Positions 25,069 to 35,546 of a DNA stretch of 64,000 bases are shown here, piece by piece. The DNA lies in IMG/VR virus record IMGVR_UViG_3300027793_000052, positions 1 through 64,000 of that record; one strand, given 5' to 3'. The stretch's first letter is position 1; each line of letters starts with the position of its first letter. The position numbers and the translations under genes are program-made. Under the pieces are notes generated by a model. The model worked only from the letters and a program-made list of their open reading frames with translations, was not told where the DNA came from and did not search any database.

Positions 25069-25842
25069 ATGTTAATCACACTGGGCGATATACACGGTAA
25101 TTTTAACTACGTTAAGTGGTATATAAAGGCACACAAGATTAAAGATTGTACTATATATCAGGTAGGTGACTTTGGTATTGGGTTTACCAATGAATTCAAC
25201 GATATGAATACATTGGGTGATTTGAATAAGTTTTTAAACGAATATAACATTCAAATGTATGCTATACGTGGTAACCACGATAACCCAAAATACTTTGACG
25301 GGCATTTAAGAAACTACTTTACCAACTTACATTTACTACCTGATTATACAGTAATAAACGTAGATGGTGTTAACATATTAGGTGTTGGTGGTGCTGTGAG
25401 TGTTGACCGTAGACCACATATGAGAGAACAACTTCAATATGCCAGAAATGGTGTTGAGAGAGAGTTATATTGGTACGATGAGGTTTTCGTGTTGGATGAG
25501 GAAAAACTAAAAGGTTTTAGGGATATAGATATTGTTGTAACACATACAGCACCTGATTTCTGTCACCCTGTAAATACAAACGGGTTTGGATATTTGGTTA
25601 ATCAATTTGCCATGGATGATGAAAAACTAAAAGATGACCTTTTAGAAGAGAGAAAATTGGTTACTAAGATGTGGGAGATATTAAAAGAGAATAATAAACC
25701 TTTTATGTATTTTTATGGCCATTTTCACAATGTATGGCTTGAAGATATTGATGGATGTGAATTCAGATTATTAGGTATTAACGAATTCTACGACCCAAAA
25801 ATCGATTACATGAATTATTTAAACAAAAAATATGGGGATTAA
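25069..25842 (+). CDS. Calcineurin-like metallophosphoesterase
   Basis: GDIHG, GDFG, RGNHD, THTAP, GHFH. Confidence 0.88.
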   Translation: MLITLGDIHGNFNYVKWYIKAHKIKDCTIYQVGDFGIGFTNEFNDMNTLGDLNKFLNEYNIQMYAIRGNHDNPKYFDGHLRNYFTNLHLLPDYTVINVDGVNILGVGGAVSVDRRPHMREQLQYARNGVERELYWYDEVFVLDEEKLKGFRDIDIVVTHTAPDFCHPVNTNGFGYLVNQFAMDDEKLKDDLLEERKLVTKMWEILKENNKPFMYFYGHFHNVWLEDIDGCEFRLLGINEFYDPKIDYMNYLNKKYGD

Positions 25843-25887
25843 TGGTTTTCAGTCCCTTTACATATATTTATATGTAAAGGGGTTTTT

Positions 25888-26697
25888 ATGCAAAAATGGT
25901 CAACATATGAAATAAATTATTTAAAAGAAAATTATGAAAATAAAGGTAGTGAATATTGTTCAAAACAATTAAATAGAAGTTTAAACTCTGTTAGGAATAA
26001 AGTTAGAAAACTTAAACTATCCATTAATAAAGAACTTAAATCTGAAATACAATCTAAAAACGGGTCAAAATATGAAAAAATGGTATTCTCCTTTGAAAAC
26101 CCCCAAGATTTATATATAATGGGATTTTTATGGGCGGACGGTTATCTTCACGATACATTTAATAGATTGGAGTTATATACCACTACTGAAGATTTTAAAA
26201 CCATAGAATGGTTATTTGATGATAATAAATGGTCTATTTCACATAGAGAAAGGGTGAATAAAAAACCATCAACAACATTAGGATTGTATCAAAAAAATGT
26301 TTGTGAAAATTTTAGAGAGTATGGTTATACAGGGAAAAGTTTATATTCCCCTAATTTTTTACACAAAATACCAGAAAACATAATACATTATTTTTTTAGG
26401 GGTTTTTTTGACGGTGATGGATGTTTTTATGTTAGTAAAGATAATAAACAAAAACAATGTTATTTGGCCGGTAGTTATGAACAAGATTGGTCATGGGTTG
26501 AAGATAGGCTTAAAAAATTGAATATTGATTATACCATAAAAAGAAAAACACAAAAAGGTGGTAAGGAAAAATATTCTATTGTTTACATTAAAAAATCATA
26601 TATAAAGAATTTCGGTTTTTTTATATATGAAAATTATGATATAGATAATATTGGTTTACCTAGAAAATATAATAAATTTTTACAAATAATAAATTAA
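25888..26697 (+). mobile_element. Free-standing LAGLIDADG homing endonuclease
   Basis: YIMGFLWADG and FFRGFFDGDG motifs. Confidence 0.85.
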
Positions 26698-26701
26698 TTT
26701 T

Positions 26702-26797
26702 GAAGGTACTAACTTTAGATTGTTAGGGATAAACGAACATTATATGTATCAAAACCATAATGATTATACACCTGAATGGGAGAAGGAATTAAAATAA
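26702..26797 (+). pseudogene. Orphan alternative 3' end of the phosphoesterase gene
   Basis: EGTNFRLLGINEHY... versus DGCEFRLLGINEFY at the end of 25069-25842. Confidence 0.7.
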
Positions 26798-26842
26798 AAA
26801 AGGGACAATTAAGTCCCTTTTTTTATTATTTGTTATTTTAAT

Positions 26843-27751
26843 TTATTTTAAAGCTGGTACGGCATCCTTAGTATAACCCAAGAACTCACAAATAACTTGA
26901 CCGCCTTGTCCTTGTCGGTTAGTTTGTGATGTATTTATTTGACCATATTTTGTAGAACACTCCACTGGGTAAGATGGGTCAGAACATGGTGTAGGTGGCT
27001 CAAACTGTTTATAACCCCAATCACAACCGTAAGGAAAAACACCTGGAATATCTACACAACTTTTAAATGATACACCATTAGTTGCTGTAGTAAATTTGGC
27101 TAATTGACCAGTACTGTCAGTATATCCAAAATCCCAAAACGCACCGAAGTTAGGGTTTAATCCGTTAGTGTTTCTAGGCCCAAAAGAAGTAACACTTTCT
27201 CTAAGTACGGAATGTAAACCATCAACACAAGAAATATCGAAAGATTCGACATCACCTAATACTTTACCGTTTTGCCACCAAGTATTTACTGAAAATTCAA
27301 ATATATTTAAACCATACGGATAAACTTGTTTTTCATTTGAATCCAATATACTTTGAGCTGCAGTGCAAGCTTGATTATCAATACCCCAAGTAATAACAAC
27401 TGAATTTATAGCTAAAGTATCACCCAAATGATATTGTACACCTTTTTTTGCCCAAAATATACCTTTACATTTTACTGGTGTACCATCAGGGTTTTTAGCT
27501 TCAGGGTTAAAGTTAGTAGAATCCATACCAAACTTACCTACAATTGATTGTGTACTTGGTAATGTAACAAATACTTGTACGGAATCCAAATTTGAATTAT
27601 TTATTAATACAACATCAGTGTATTTAGTTGTATCTACCGTGTTAGTTGATGGTGGAGTTACGGGTTTAGAATTTTTCCAATTCCAAAGAACACCACCCGC
27701 AATTATAGAACCTATTCCTATTGCGATTAAAATTTTAGCGATTTTTTTCAT
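26843..27751 (-). CDS. Membrane-anchored Cys-rich protein, possibly thaumatin/GH64-like
   Basis: N-terminal TM; IFEFSVN...ESFDISCVDG resembles thaumatin DFYDVSLVDG. Confidence 0.4.
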   Translation of the reverse strand: MKKIAKILIAIGIGSIIAGGVLWNWKNSKPVTPPSTNTVDTTKYTDVVLINNSNLDSVQVFVTLPSTQSIVGKFGMDSTNFNPEAKNPDGTPVKCKGIFWAKKGVQYHLGDTLAINSVVITWGIDNQACTAAQSILDSNEKQVYPYGLNIFEFSVNTWWQNGKVLGDVESFDISCVDGLHSVLRESVTSFGPRNTNGLNPNFGAFWDFGYTDSTGQLAKFTTATNGVSFKSCVDIPGVFPYGCDWGYKQFEPPTPCSDPSYPVECSTKYGQINTSQTNRQGQGGQVICEFLGYTKDAVPALK

Positions 27752-27860
27752 TTTGTTTATTGTTTATTACTAAATATCTCTTAATAATAAAAAAATGTCA
27801 CATTAAAAAAAGCGTTAACTATTTAAATATTTTTCTTATTTTTATATTAAATAATTAATT

Positions 27861-28328
27861 ATGTACTTTTCAGCAATAGTAGCTCACGATAAAAACAAAT
27901 TAATAGGTGGTAACAATAAACTTTTGTGGCACATACCTGAAGATTTAAAAAGGTTTAAGAAAATAACCACCAATTCGGTTGTGGTTATGGGTAGAAAAAC
28001 TTATGAAAGTATAGGAAAACCATTGTCAAATAGGATAAATGTTATATTGACTAAAAATAAAAACTATAAGGTAGATGGTTGTATTGTGTTAAATTCTGTT
28101 GATGAGATTATTATGGAATTTAAAAACACACCAGAAGTTTTTATCATAGGCGGTGGTGAAATTTATAAACAATTTTTATCATATATTGATAGAATTTATG
28201 TAACTTTGGTGGAAGGAAATTATGAAGGTGATTCTTATTTCCCTGAATATTCAGAATATGATTGGAAATGTTTTTATGAAGAAAAGGGCGAAGGTTTTAC
28301 GTATAAAACTTATATTAGAAAAAAATGA
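27861..28328 (+). CDS. folA: Dihydrofolate reductase
   Basis: LLWHIPEDLKRFK, VVMGRKTYESIGKPL, FIIGGGEIY. Confidence 0.95.
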   Translation: MYFSAIVAHDKNKLIGGNNKLLWHIPEDLKRFKKITTNSVVVMGRKTYESIGKPLSNRINVILTKNKNYKVDGCIVLNSVDEIIMEFKNTPEVFIIGGGEIYKQFLSYIDRIYVTLVEGNYEGDSYFPEYSEYDWKCFYEEKGEGFTYKTYIRKK

Positions 28329-28705
28329 AACTATTCTTAGATGATGTACGTACTTTAGATATGATATACCCTAAGGAAAACCATAAAGATTGGGTTATCG
28401 TTAGAAGTTACCATGAATTTGTTAACTACATTAAAAAATTTGGGTTGCCAACTTTTATTAGTTTCGACCATGATTTAGGTTTTGAACATACTAGATGGTA
28501 TTTTGAAAACGGTGGTCATGAAAATCCACCCGATCCTTTTGATACTGATTTTAAAGAAAAAACTGGTTATGATTGTGCAAAATTTTTAGTTGATTATTGT
28601 CTTAGTAATAAAAAATCATTACCTATTTGGCAAGTACATTCACATAACCCTGTAGGGTCAAAAAACATTAGAAGTTACTTAAAAAATTTTGAAAAATTTT
28701 ATTAA
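28325..28705 (+). CDS. Cyclic-phosphate-processing receiver-like domain protein
   Basis: LFLDDVR, ISFDHDLG, TGYDCAKFL, VHSHNPVG. Confidence 0.7.
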   Translation: MKLFLDDVRTLDMIYPKENHKDWVIVRSYHEFVNYIKKFGLPTFISFDHDLGFEHTRWYFENGGHENPPDPFDTDFKEKTGYDCAKFLVDYCLSNKKSLPIWQVHSHNPVGSKNIRSYLKNFEKFY

Positions 28706-28724
28706 ACAATATAAATTTATAAAC

Positions 28725-28955
28725 ATGAGAATTAATATCCAAAACCTATTGGTACAACAAGACTTATTTGAAATACTAAACTCTAATTCTATGGAGTTGG
28801 GGGTTCAGGAAGATGACAACAAAGTATATTTAATCAAAACAATTACAGACGGAGAATATTGGTTGGGTGAATCCAGATATATTTACGACAACAAAGAAGA
28901 AGCTTTAAAAGATTTAGAAACCTTAAAAAACATCATGAAAAGTATTGATGTCTAA
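28725..28955 (+). CDS. Hypothetical protein
   Basis: ORF track. Confidence 0.45.
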   Translation: MRINIQNLLVQQDLFEILNSNSMELGVQEDDNKVYLIKTITDGEYWLGESRYIYDNKEEALKDLETLKNIMKSIDV

Positions 28956-28957
28956 AT

Positions 28958-29557
28958 ATGAAATACGAAAAACAAAATATATTTTTTATTAGTGATTTAC
29001 ACATAGGACACACCAACGTAATAAGATACGATGGTAGACCTTTTGCGGATGTAAATGAAATGCATATAGAATTAATTAAACGATGGAACAATGTTGTGGG
29101 TGAAAACGATATTGTCTATTATTTAGGTGATTTGTCTTTTACTAGAGATGATATCACTAAATGGTTTATAAACTCTATTAAGGGTAAAATACATTTTATT
29201 ATGGGTAATCACGATAAAATGAAACATATTATAAAATTTAATAGATGGGAAAATATCTATGAATATGGTACTGAAATTTTTGTTAAAGATGAAAATAACA
29301 ATAAAACAAGAGGTTCAAACGGTTACCAACAAATTATTCTATCACATTACCCCATATTAAGTTGGAATAAAGCACATTACGGGAGTGTACATTTGCATGG
29401 CCATTGCCACGGTAGTTTGTTAAAATCAAACCAAGAATATTACAAAAGGAGAGTAATGGATGTAGGTGCTAATTGTATTGACTATACACCTATATCGTAC
29501 CCACAAGTTATGGATGTTATGAGTAAAAAAATTATATCTAGTGTTGACCATCATTGA
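28958..29557 (+). CDS. Calcineurin-like metallophosphoesterase
   Basis: SDLHIGH, YYLGD, GNHD, LSHYP, LHGHCH. Confidence 0.88.
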   Translation: MKYEKQNIFFISDLHIGHTNVIRYDGRPFADVNEMHIELIKRWNNVVGENDIVYYLGDLSFTRDDITKWFINSIKGKIHFIMGNHDKMKHIIKFNRWENIYEYGTEIFVKDENNNKTRGSNGYQQIILSHYPILSWNKAHYGSVHLHGHCHGSLLKSNQEYYKRRVMDVGANCIDYTPISYPQVMDVMSKKIISSVDHH

Positions 29558-29563
29558 TAGTGA

Positions 29564-30199
29564 TTATTTAAAAAACATTTTATTATTATATTTTTTTAAT
29601 ATTTCATTTAAGTAAATAATATTAATGTTTATAACACTCCCATTTAAATTAGAACCTAACCAAACAAAGGTTTTATTTTTTATTGAAACTATCTTATAAT
29701 AATAAATCGGTATTTTTATCCTAGATTTACCTAAGTAAGTTTTTTTATTGTTATCATAAACAACACCAGTTATTATTCTAACATCAGACTTGTATTTTGA
29801 TATGGTGTCTTCAACACCCAACTCCATCATTTTCCATTTACCTCTGTTAAAATCTGCCAACTGTGGTGCTTGGTTAAACATTGAGAACGAATGATATTGT
29901 AATGTGTCATCATATGATGTTATGTGTGCCGGAGTTAAATGACCCAAATCATAACCTGAATTATGATAATATTCTTTTTTGTAAGGCCCATTCGGTTTTT
30001 CATTATGCCACCTATCTTTCCTATCAGAATCCAATTTCTGAAAATCAGCCCATTTTATATTATGTTCTGATATAAAAGTACACGTATCATTATCTAGTGA
30101 TAGTTTTATATCACCATGATTTATAGTAAATTTAGTTTTTTGATATGTAATTGGTTTAACTAATAAAACAATTAAAATAATGTAAGATATGATTTTCAT
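29564..30199 (-). CDS. DNA/RNA non-specific endonuclease (NucA/EndA-like), signal peptide
   Basis: YDLGHLTPA, FNQAPQLADFNRGKW, IPIYYYKI. Confidence 0.85.
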   Translation of the reverse strand: MKIISYIILIVLLVKPITYQKTKFTINHGDIKLSLDNDTCTFISEHNIKWADFQKLDSDRKDRWHNEKPNGPYKKEYYHNSGYDLGHLTPAHITSYDDTLQYHSFSMFNQAPQLADFNRGKWKMMELGVEDTISKYKSDVRIITGVVYDNNKKTYLGKSRIKIPIYYYKIVSIKNKTFVWLGSNLNGSVININIIYLNEILKKYNNKMFFK

Positions 30200-30585
30200 T
30201 TTTTTCTTTTGATTTTTCTTAAAACTTTATGTGATTCCGTTGTTAACTTATGACCCTTCCTCATGTTAATTGTGGACCTAATAAATCTTAAATTAGATAT
30301 ATGCCCTATTTTTTCTGGTGGTATGTTGTTATAAAATCCGTAAGAAATAGGTACGATGTGGTCTAAATGCCAGCAATTAACCCCTCTAAAACAACGGCGT
30401 TCGTGATTTTTTAATAAATGTAATGGTTGAGATTCGGTAATAGACCACACCTTTAAGTAGAAAAGGCGCCTATCCAAATCCTTTATTGTATTTAACTTAC
30501 GTTTTTTAAGGTTTGGGTGTTCTTTTAATATCTTCTTACACTCTGTTATTAATAATTTTTCTCTTTCTGTTAAAACTTTCTTCAT
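30196..30585 (-). CDS. Small HNH-like protein
   Basis: WHLDHIVPI...NLRFI...N. Confidence 0.55.
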   Translation of the reverse strand: MKKVLTEREKLLITECKKILKEHPNLKKRKLNTIKDLDRRLFYLKVWSITESQPLHLLKNHERRCFRGVNCWHLDHIVPISYGFYNNIPPEKIGHISNLRFIRSTINMRKGHKLTTESHKVLRKIKRKK

Positions 30586-30624
30586 TTCTATAAATATTAG
30601 ATTATATTTATAAAAAATAAAATT

Positions 30625-30810
30625 ATGACAAGAGAAGAAAAAGCTAAAAAATTTGATGCATTATTACTTGAACACGATAAACTAAGTCGTGAAGTTAGTG
30701 TAATACAATCTAAATTTGATTTAACAGTTGAGGATAATAAAAAAATCAAGGAGTTAAAGATAAAAATGGATGATTTACAAAGACAGGCAACAAGTTTAGG
30801 TAGTTATTAA
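30625..30810 (+). CDS. Small coiled-coil protein
   Basis: ORF track. Confidence 0.45.
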   Translation: MTREEKAKKFDALLLEHDKLSREVSVIQSKFDLTVEDNKKIKELKIKMDDLQRQATSLGSY

Positions 30811-30868
30811 TTTTTATATTGACAGAATACTAATTATTACCTATCTTTATATTGTTCTTTGAAATTAT

Positions 30869-31259
30869 GGGGGTGACTTGGAATTGATTGGCTACATTAG
30901 TTATTGTAAAAGCATGTCGAGACTTGTTTGTAGGCTCGTTAAACCAACAATCAAAATTTTAAATGGCGACATTTTCGCAGACGCTACTGTAGGTCACTTT
31001 GTGACTGAAGGTGCAGAGGTTGTAGCCTAATTAGATTAGGGTACACAACGGGGTTGGATTACCTAGGAACAGAAGTCCAAAAAAGGGTGTTACCACTACC
31101 ACAAAAGGGTAAAGTCAAACATGGAATGTGTCAACTAAGTCCATGGGAGAACTAAAAGATGAAGTTGTATATTTTGGGTGGTTAGAAAACCACATCCTAA
31201 ACATGTAGAAGACTTTAATTCATTAGAACAAGACGGCGGTTCGACCCCGCTCACCTCCA
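30869..31259 (+). ncRNA. ssrA: tmRNA
   Basis: GGGGGTG/CACCTCC-A acceptor with G3-U70, GCATGTCGAG after helix 2, GACGGCGGTTCGACCCCGC T-arm; tag ORF 30965-31030. Confidence 0.92.
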
Positions 31260-31292
31260 CTTTAGAAATTTATTAACCTAAAAATCGAAAAA

Positions 31293-31586
31293 ATGGACAT
31301 TACTAAAAAGAAAGAGAAATTCTTAAAAAGACTGAGAAATGCTAAATCTGGTGAAACAGTTAAAGTTGTTGAATTTAAAAGAAAACATTTTAAATCAGAA
31401 CTTTCTACTGAGTTTGGTTTTGGAATTCAAGATATGAAAAAGAAGTCTAGAGAGTTTTATAATTGGTTAATTACCAGTGGTTATGATATTAACGTAACAC
31501 CTACAAGTATGGAACCATCTAATTTTGGTGTCTTAGTTACAGTTAAGAAGGAAAAAATTGATGAGGTTTATTTTGTTGGTGACTAA
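31293..31586 (+). CDS. Hypothetical protein
   Basis: ORF track. Confidence 0.5.
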   Translation: MDITKKKEKFLKRLRNAKSGETVKVVEFKRKHFKSELSTEFGFGIQDMKKKSREFYNWLITSGYDINVTPTSMEPSNFGVLVTVKKEKIDEVYFVGD

Positions 31587-31744
31587 ACATTTGTTTCTTG
31601 GTTCGTAAACCAAGTGGTGGATTCCGAAAAAGATAAAATCTTGTCGGCCCTAACCTCTGATTTTCAGGGGTTTTTTATTGCCTAAAAATTTGATAAATTA
31701 GTATTTACTTTTTATATTTGTACGTGGTATTAAATTTAATCACT

Positions 31745-33655
31745 ATGAAAATAACGGATTTTTTAAACTCAAAAGAAACATTAAATAAAGTTTTGGATGT
31801 ATTGGTTGAGAGAGGTTTGGATTTTGCCAAACTACCCCAAGATTGCTTTATCGCAGGTGGTTCAGTTTCTAATGTACTAATATCAATGTTACACGGTGGT
31901 GAACCTATCGTTAATGATATTGATGTGTATGTTAAAACCGACGATAAAAATGCTAAGGTTGGTAATAGTTGGTACCCTTCTATGTACACAACTGAAGACT
32001 CTATTGAGGTGTTGGATGATGATTATGGTCGTATATACATTTCAGAAGGTGGTGATAGAATGAGAGTAGTTGCACATCGTAGAGACGGTGTTTTAAATAT
32101 TATACAATATGCATACGAAAAAGGTTACCAAAGAATGAACGGTAAACCTAGTACTAAGACTGAATGTGAATTAACCATTGAGGGTTTTGATTTGAATTGT
32201 TGTATGGCAGGTATTGACCTATCCAATCGTAAGATAGTTTATAACGAAAACTTTGTGGATTTTTTGAAAACCAAACAATTAAAGGTTGTGAATCCAATGG
32301 CACCAATTCAGACAACCATCCGTATCTATAAAAAATTAAAAGATTTGGATTGTTACTGTAATGTAGAACATGAAATACGTTTTTTAACTGTTGCTTTTAG
32401 AAAGTTAACCAATAATCAGTTATGTAAGTATATAGGACCTGAAACTGAGGCTAAGTATAGAAAGTATTTTGACTTTGTTTCTAAGTATTTTACAATTCGT
32501 GAACCAAAAAATTCTGATGAAATACCCCATAATATGAAGGATAAATATTTCATCGATACTCCCATAAATCCTAACTGTAAAATTTGGTTATATGAACCTG
32601 TGATGGATTTTGATATAATAGAAGAGGTTACTTCGGCCATAAGACTAAAACGTATTTGGTATTTGAATTACACGCCAAAGAAAAAATCTGAACAAGATAA
32701 GATTAATAAAGTTTTTTATAAAAATGTATTCACAGGTAATCTTAGTGAAGATGCTTGGGAATACAAAGAGGGTTGGCCTGTATCTGTCGTAAAACCCATT
32801 TACGCGTCAAGTAGATATAGTTATATGATGGTATTAGCTAAGAAAGATTACCACAAGTGTGATTTTACTATTAAACATTTAAATGTTATAGACGAGTTTA
32901 CAAAGAAACATTACTACATTAGAAGGGTTTTATCTAAACTTGATACTGTTAGTGAACAGTATAAAATGGTTAAATTTATAAAATCTTTAGCTAAAAAAGA
33001 GGGTGAATGGATTATTGGTTTGTTGGAAAATGTTGACAATAAAGAACTACCTAATAATTTTACAAATGAACAATTAGTAAAGTTTATTGAAGAGGAAAAA
33101 TCTAAGGATAGTCAAGCACTTGTTGAACCTTTAAATTTGAATGATTTTATATTTAATAAAAACATCAAAGAGTTAATATCAAACCTTCAATTAAAAATGG
33201 AAGGTACTATGATGGGTCATTGTGTAGGTGGTTACGGTTCTCAAGTGGAAAGAGGGTACTCACGTATTTTTCACGTTGAACATAATGGCATCGGGTCTAC
33301 TTTAGAACTATCCTTACCTAATCTTGTTAAACCTAATTATAATGTTTTCATAGACCGTGGTGACGGACCAAAAATAGAGGAGATTATTAGGTCTACAAAA
33401 TATGAAGATAAATTTATTGTTAGATATAGTGATGATAGCACAGCTGTGTTATCAGAAAAGGACCTAGGTTATAAAGTTAGACAACATCAAGGAAGATACC
33501 CTGAAAAAGGTAATCTTACACCAACAGAAAGAAATACTTATGTTGCTACAGAATTAGTTAAATTTTTAAACCAAAAATACTTTTTGGAAAAGTTCAATAT
33601 TGATTTAACAGAAAATTTTGCCATCAAAAAAAATAATCTTACATTTGTTGAGTGA
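31745..33655 (+). CDS. Nucleotidyltransferase-like N-terminal domain fused to a PcfJ-like C-terminal domain
   Basis: FIAGGSV...NDIDVY, FDLNCC; EGTMMGHCVGGY. Confidence 0.55.
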   Translation: MKITDFLNSKETLNKVLDVLVERGLDFAKLPQDCFIAGGSVSNVLISMLHGGEPIVNDIDVYVKTDDKNAKVGNSWYPSMYTTEDSIEVLDDDYGRIYISEGGDRMRVVAHRRDGVLNIIQYAYEKGYQRMNGKPSTKTECELTIEGFDLNCCMAGIDLSNRKIVYNENFVDFLKTKQLKVVNPMAPIQTTIRIYKKLKDLDCYCNVEHEIRFLTVAFRKLTNNQLCKYIGPETEAKYRKYFDFVSKYFTIREPKNSDEIPHNMKDKYFIDTPINPNCKIWLYEPVMDFDIIEEVTSAIRLKRIWYLNYTPKKKSEQDKINKVFYKNVFTGNLSEDAWEYKEGWPVSVVKPIYASSRYSYMMVLAKKDYHKCDFTIKHLNVIDEFTKKHYYIRRVLSKLDTVSEQYKMVKFIKSLAKKEGEWIIGLLENVDNKELPNNFTNEQLVKFIEEEKSKDSQALVEPLNLNDFIFNKNIKELISNLQLKMEGTMMGHCVGGYGSQVERGYSRIFHVEHNGIGSTLELSLPNLVKPNYNVFIDRGDGPKIEEIIRSTKYEDKFIVRYSDDSTAVLSEKDLGYKVRQHQGRYPEKGNLTPTERNTYVATELVKFLNQKYFLEKFNIDLTENFAIKKNNLTFVE

Positions 33656-34176
33656 TGACTAAAATATTAATAAATTTTTTTCTAATTATAACTTTGTTTG
33701 TAGGTGTAACTTCTTGTAAGAAAGAAAAACCACAAGCAAAGTATAATTTTATTGTCGGTAAATGGTCATACAGTCCTTTATACCCGATACCTGGTAGACC
33801 TAAAAGTAAAGAAGAAAGTTTAGAACAATGTACATTACTTTTCAATGAAAAAGGTATTGTAACAATCACAATTGGTGACGACTATTCAAGTGATAATCCA
33901 ATCAAAAATTATAAAGCAAGGTATTACATTACAGAAAGTAAGGATACTTTTTTTACATACCAAATAAAAATTGATTTTAAATTAAATTTTGACCATAACC
34001 AAAAATACGGTGACATTATAAGAAAAGATTTTTCCCTTTTTCAAAACAAAACCATAAATTTTAAACACTATTTAAAGGGTGATTATATCGTTGATTTTGG
34101 TGAAGGACCAAAGGATAATAATGAATTGATAATATTTAATGAGGTAAGTGATAGAACTTTTGTCAGAAATTTTTAA
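33652..34176 (+). CDS. Lipoprotein
   Basis: Lipobox VTSC followed by KK. Confidence 0.65.
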   Translation: MMTKILINFFLIITLFVGVTSCKKEKPQAKYNFIVGKWSYSPLYPIPGRPKSKEESLEQCTLLFNEKGIVTITIGDDYSSDNPIKNYKARYYITESKDTFFTYQIKIDFKLNFDHNQKYGDIIRKDFSLFQNKTINFKHYLKGDYIVDFGEGPKDNNELIIFNEVSDRTFVRNF

Positions 34177-34235
34177 ATAAAAATATTTTGTAAAGTCAAG
34201 TTTATTTATTACTTTTACATAGTCAAAAAAATCAT

Positions 34236-35195
34236 ATGAAAAATATTTTATACCTTTTATTTTTATTTAACATATTTCTTACTTCTTGTGAGAAAGAAGA
34301 AAAATATATACCCAGTACACTTACTGTGGTAGAAAAAGACCCTTACGTAAATCCTATTGGGTATAAATGGGAGTTGATTGATGCTAAAGTTTTTGTTACC
34401 AAAAGTTTATCAGGTGGTAATGGACAAGTTGTGAGTAAAAAATATTACGACCATTTTGATGTGAATAAAAATACATCCAACATGGACATATTTGTACCAT
34501 CTTGGTTACCAATTGATAATGTAATTAAAAATGTAACTACCTTTCAATTAAGTACTTCAGGTTTTTTCACTCTAAATGATAATCAACAATATGATTATAC
34601 TTACACCGAAGTTAAAGGTTTAAACCCCACTATAAGGGTAAACGGTTTAGAAAATGGTAGTGCTAGGGTTTTTAGTATATTAAAAGCCACCGAAAGTTAC
34701 ATGCATGTTGAGGCTTATCTTAGTCACGCTAGTGATAGTCAATATGATTATGACTATTACTCTATTTTAGAGTTTGTTAAGGTTGGGGGTAGTGGAAATT
34801 ATGAAAATTATAAAACACCATATGATTTTGTTTATAGTGGTGTTTGGAACGTAACGCCACAACCAAATACAAACGATATGACAGGTCAGAAGTGGGTTGT
34901 AACTAGATACAATAACGGTTTAAGTGGTAACGTATACCCAAATGACACTTTAGAGTTTACCTCTCAAACTGAATATAAAATAAATAATGGTTTATTAAGA
35001 AATTATACATTAAGTAATGTTACAGGTAATAATATGAAAAGTTTAAGTTTGTATTCATTTACAACTTTGGGTGGTGATTACAGTGGTCAGGTAATATCTA
35101 CATTCATAACTGACGGTGTTATAAACAATAATAATTTTGTGGATATATTCAACGTTAATAACACTGTGACAGTTTGGATGAAACGTGTACAATAA
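34236..35195 (+). CDS. Lipoprotein with two lipocalin-like beta domains
   Basis: Lipobox LTSC-EKE; GYKWELI and GQKWVVT starts. Confidence 0.65.
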   Translation: MKNILYLLFLFNIFLTSCEKEEKYIPSTLTVVEKDPYVNPIGYKWELIDAKVFVTKSLSGGNGQVVSKKYYDHFDVNKNTSNMDIFVPSWLPIDNVIKNVTTFQLSTSGFFTLNDNQQYDYTYTEVKGLNPTIRVNGLENGSARVFSILKATESYMHVEAYLSHASDSQYDYDYYSILEFVKVGGSGNYENYKTPYDFVYSGVWNVTPQPNTNDMTGQKWVVTRYNNGLSGNVYPNDTLEFTSQTEYKINNGLLRNYTLSNVTGNNMKSLSLYSFTTLGGDYSGQVISTFITDGVINNNNFVDIFNVNNTVTVWMKRVQ

Positions 35196-35221
35196 AAAAA
35201 TGGGGGTCATGACCCCCATTT

Positions 35222-35419
35222 TTATTCGTTATTATTTTTATATTTTTTATTAACGTAAATAGCTTTCTTTTTTTGTTTTCTTCTTTTAACTGAACCTTTT
35301 TCGTATACACGACGATCGTTCAATTCAGACATTTGACGCGTCTTAATCACTTTGGAACGATAGTTTTTTAAGGCTTTTTCGATACTACCTTTACCTTCTT
35401 TTACCTTTACTTTTAACAT
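35222..35419 (-). CDS. rpsU: Ribosomal protein bS21
   Basis: SIEKALKNYRSKV..ELNDRRVYEKGSVKRRKQKKKA. Confidence 0.85.
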   Translation of the reverse strand: MLKVKVKEGKGSIEKALKNYRSKVIKTRQMSELNDRRVYEKGSVKRRKQKKKAIYVNKKYKNNNE

Positions 35420-35546
35420 ATATTAATAAATATATCTTTTTTAATTAAAATTAAAGATTATGTTAAAAAATAGTGTGGAGGATATATAGTACAGATGTTA
35501 CAAGATATTTATTGAAACAATAAGTCTCAATTAAAACTGATTGATT

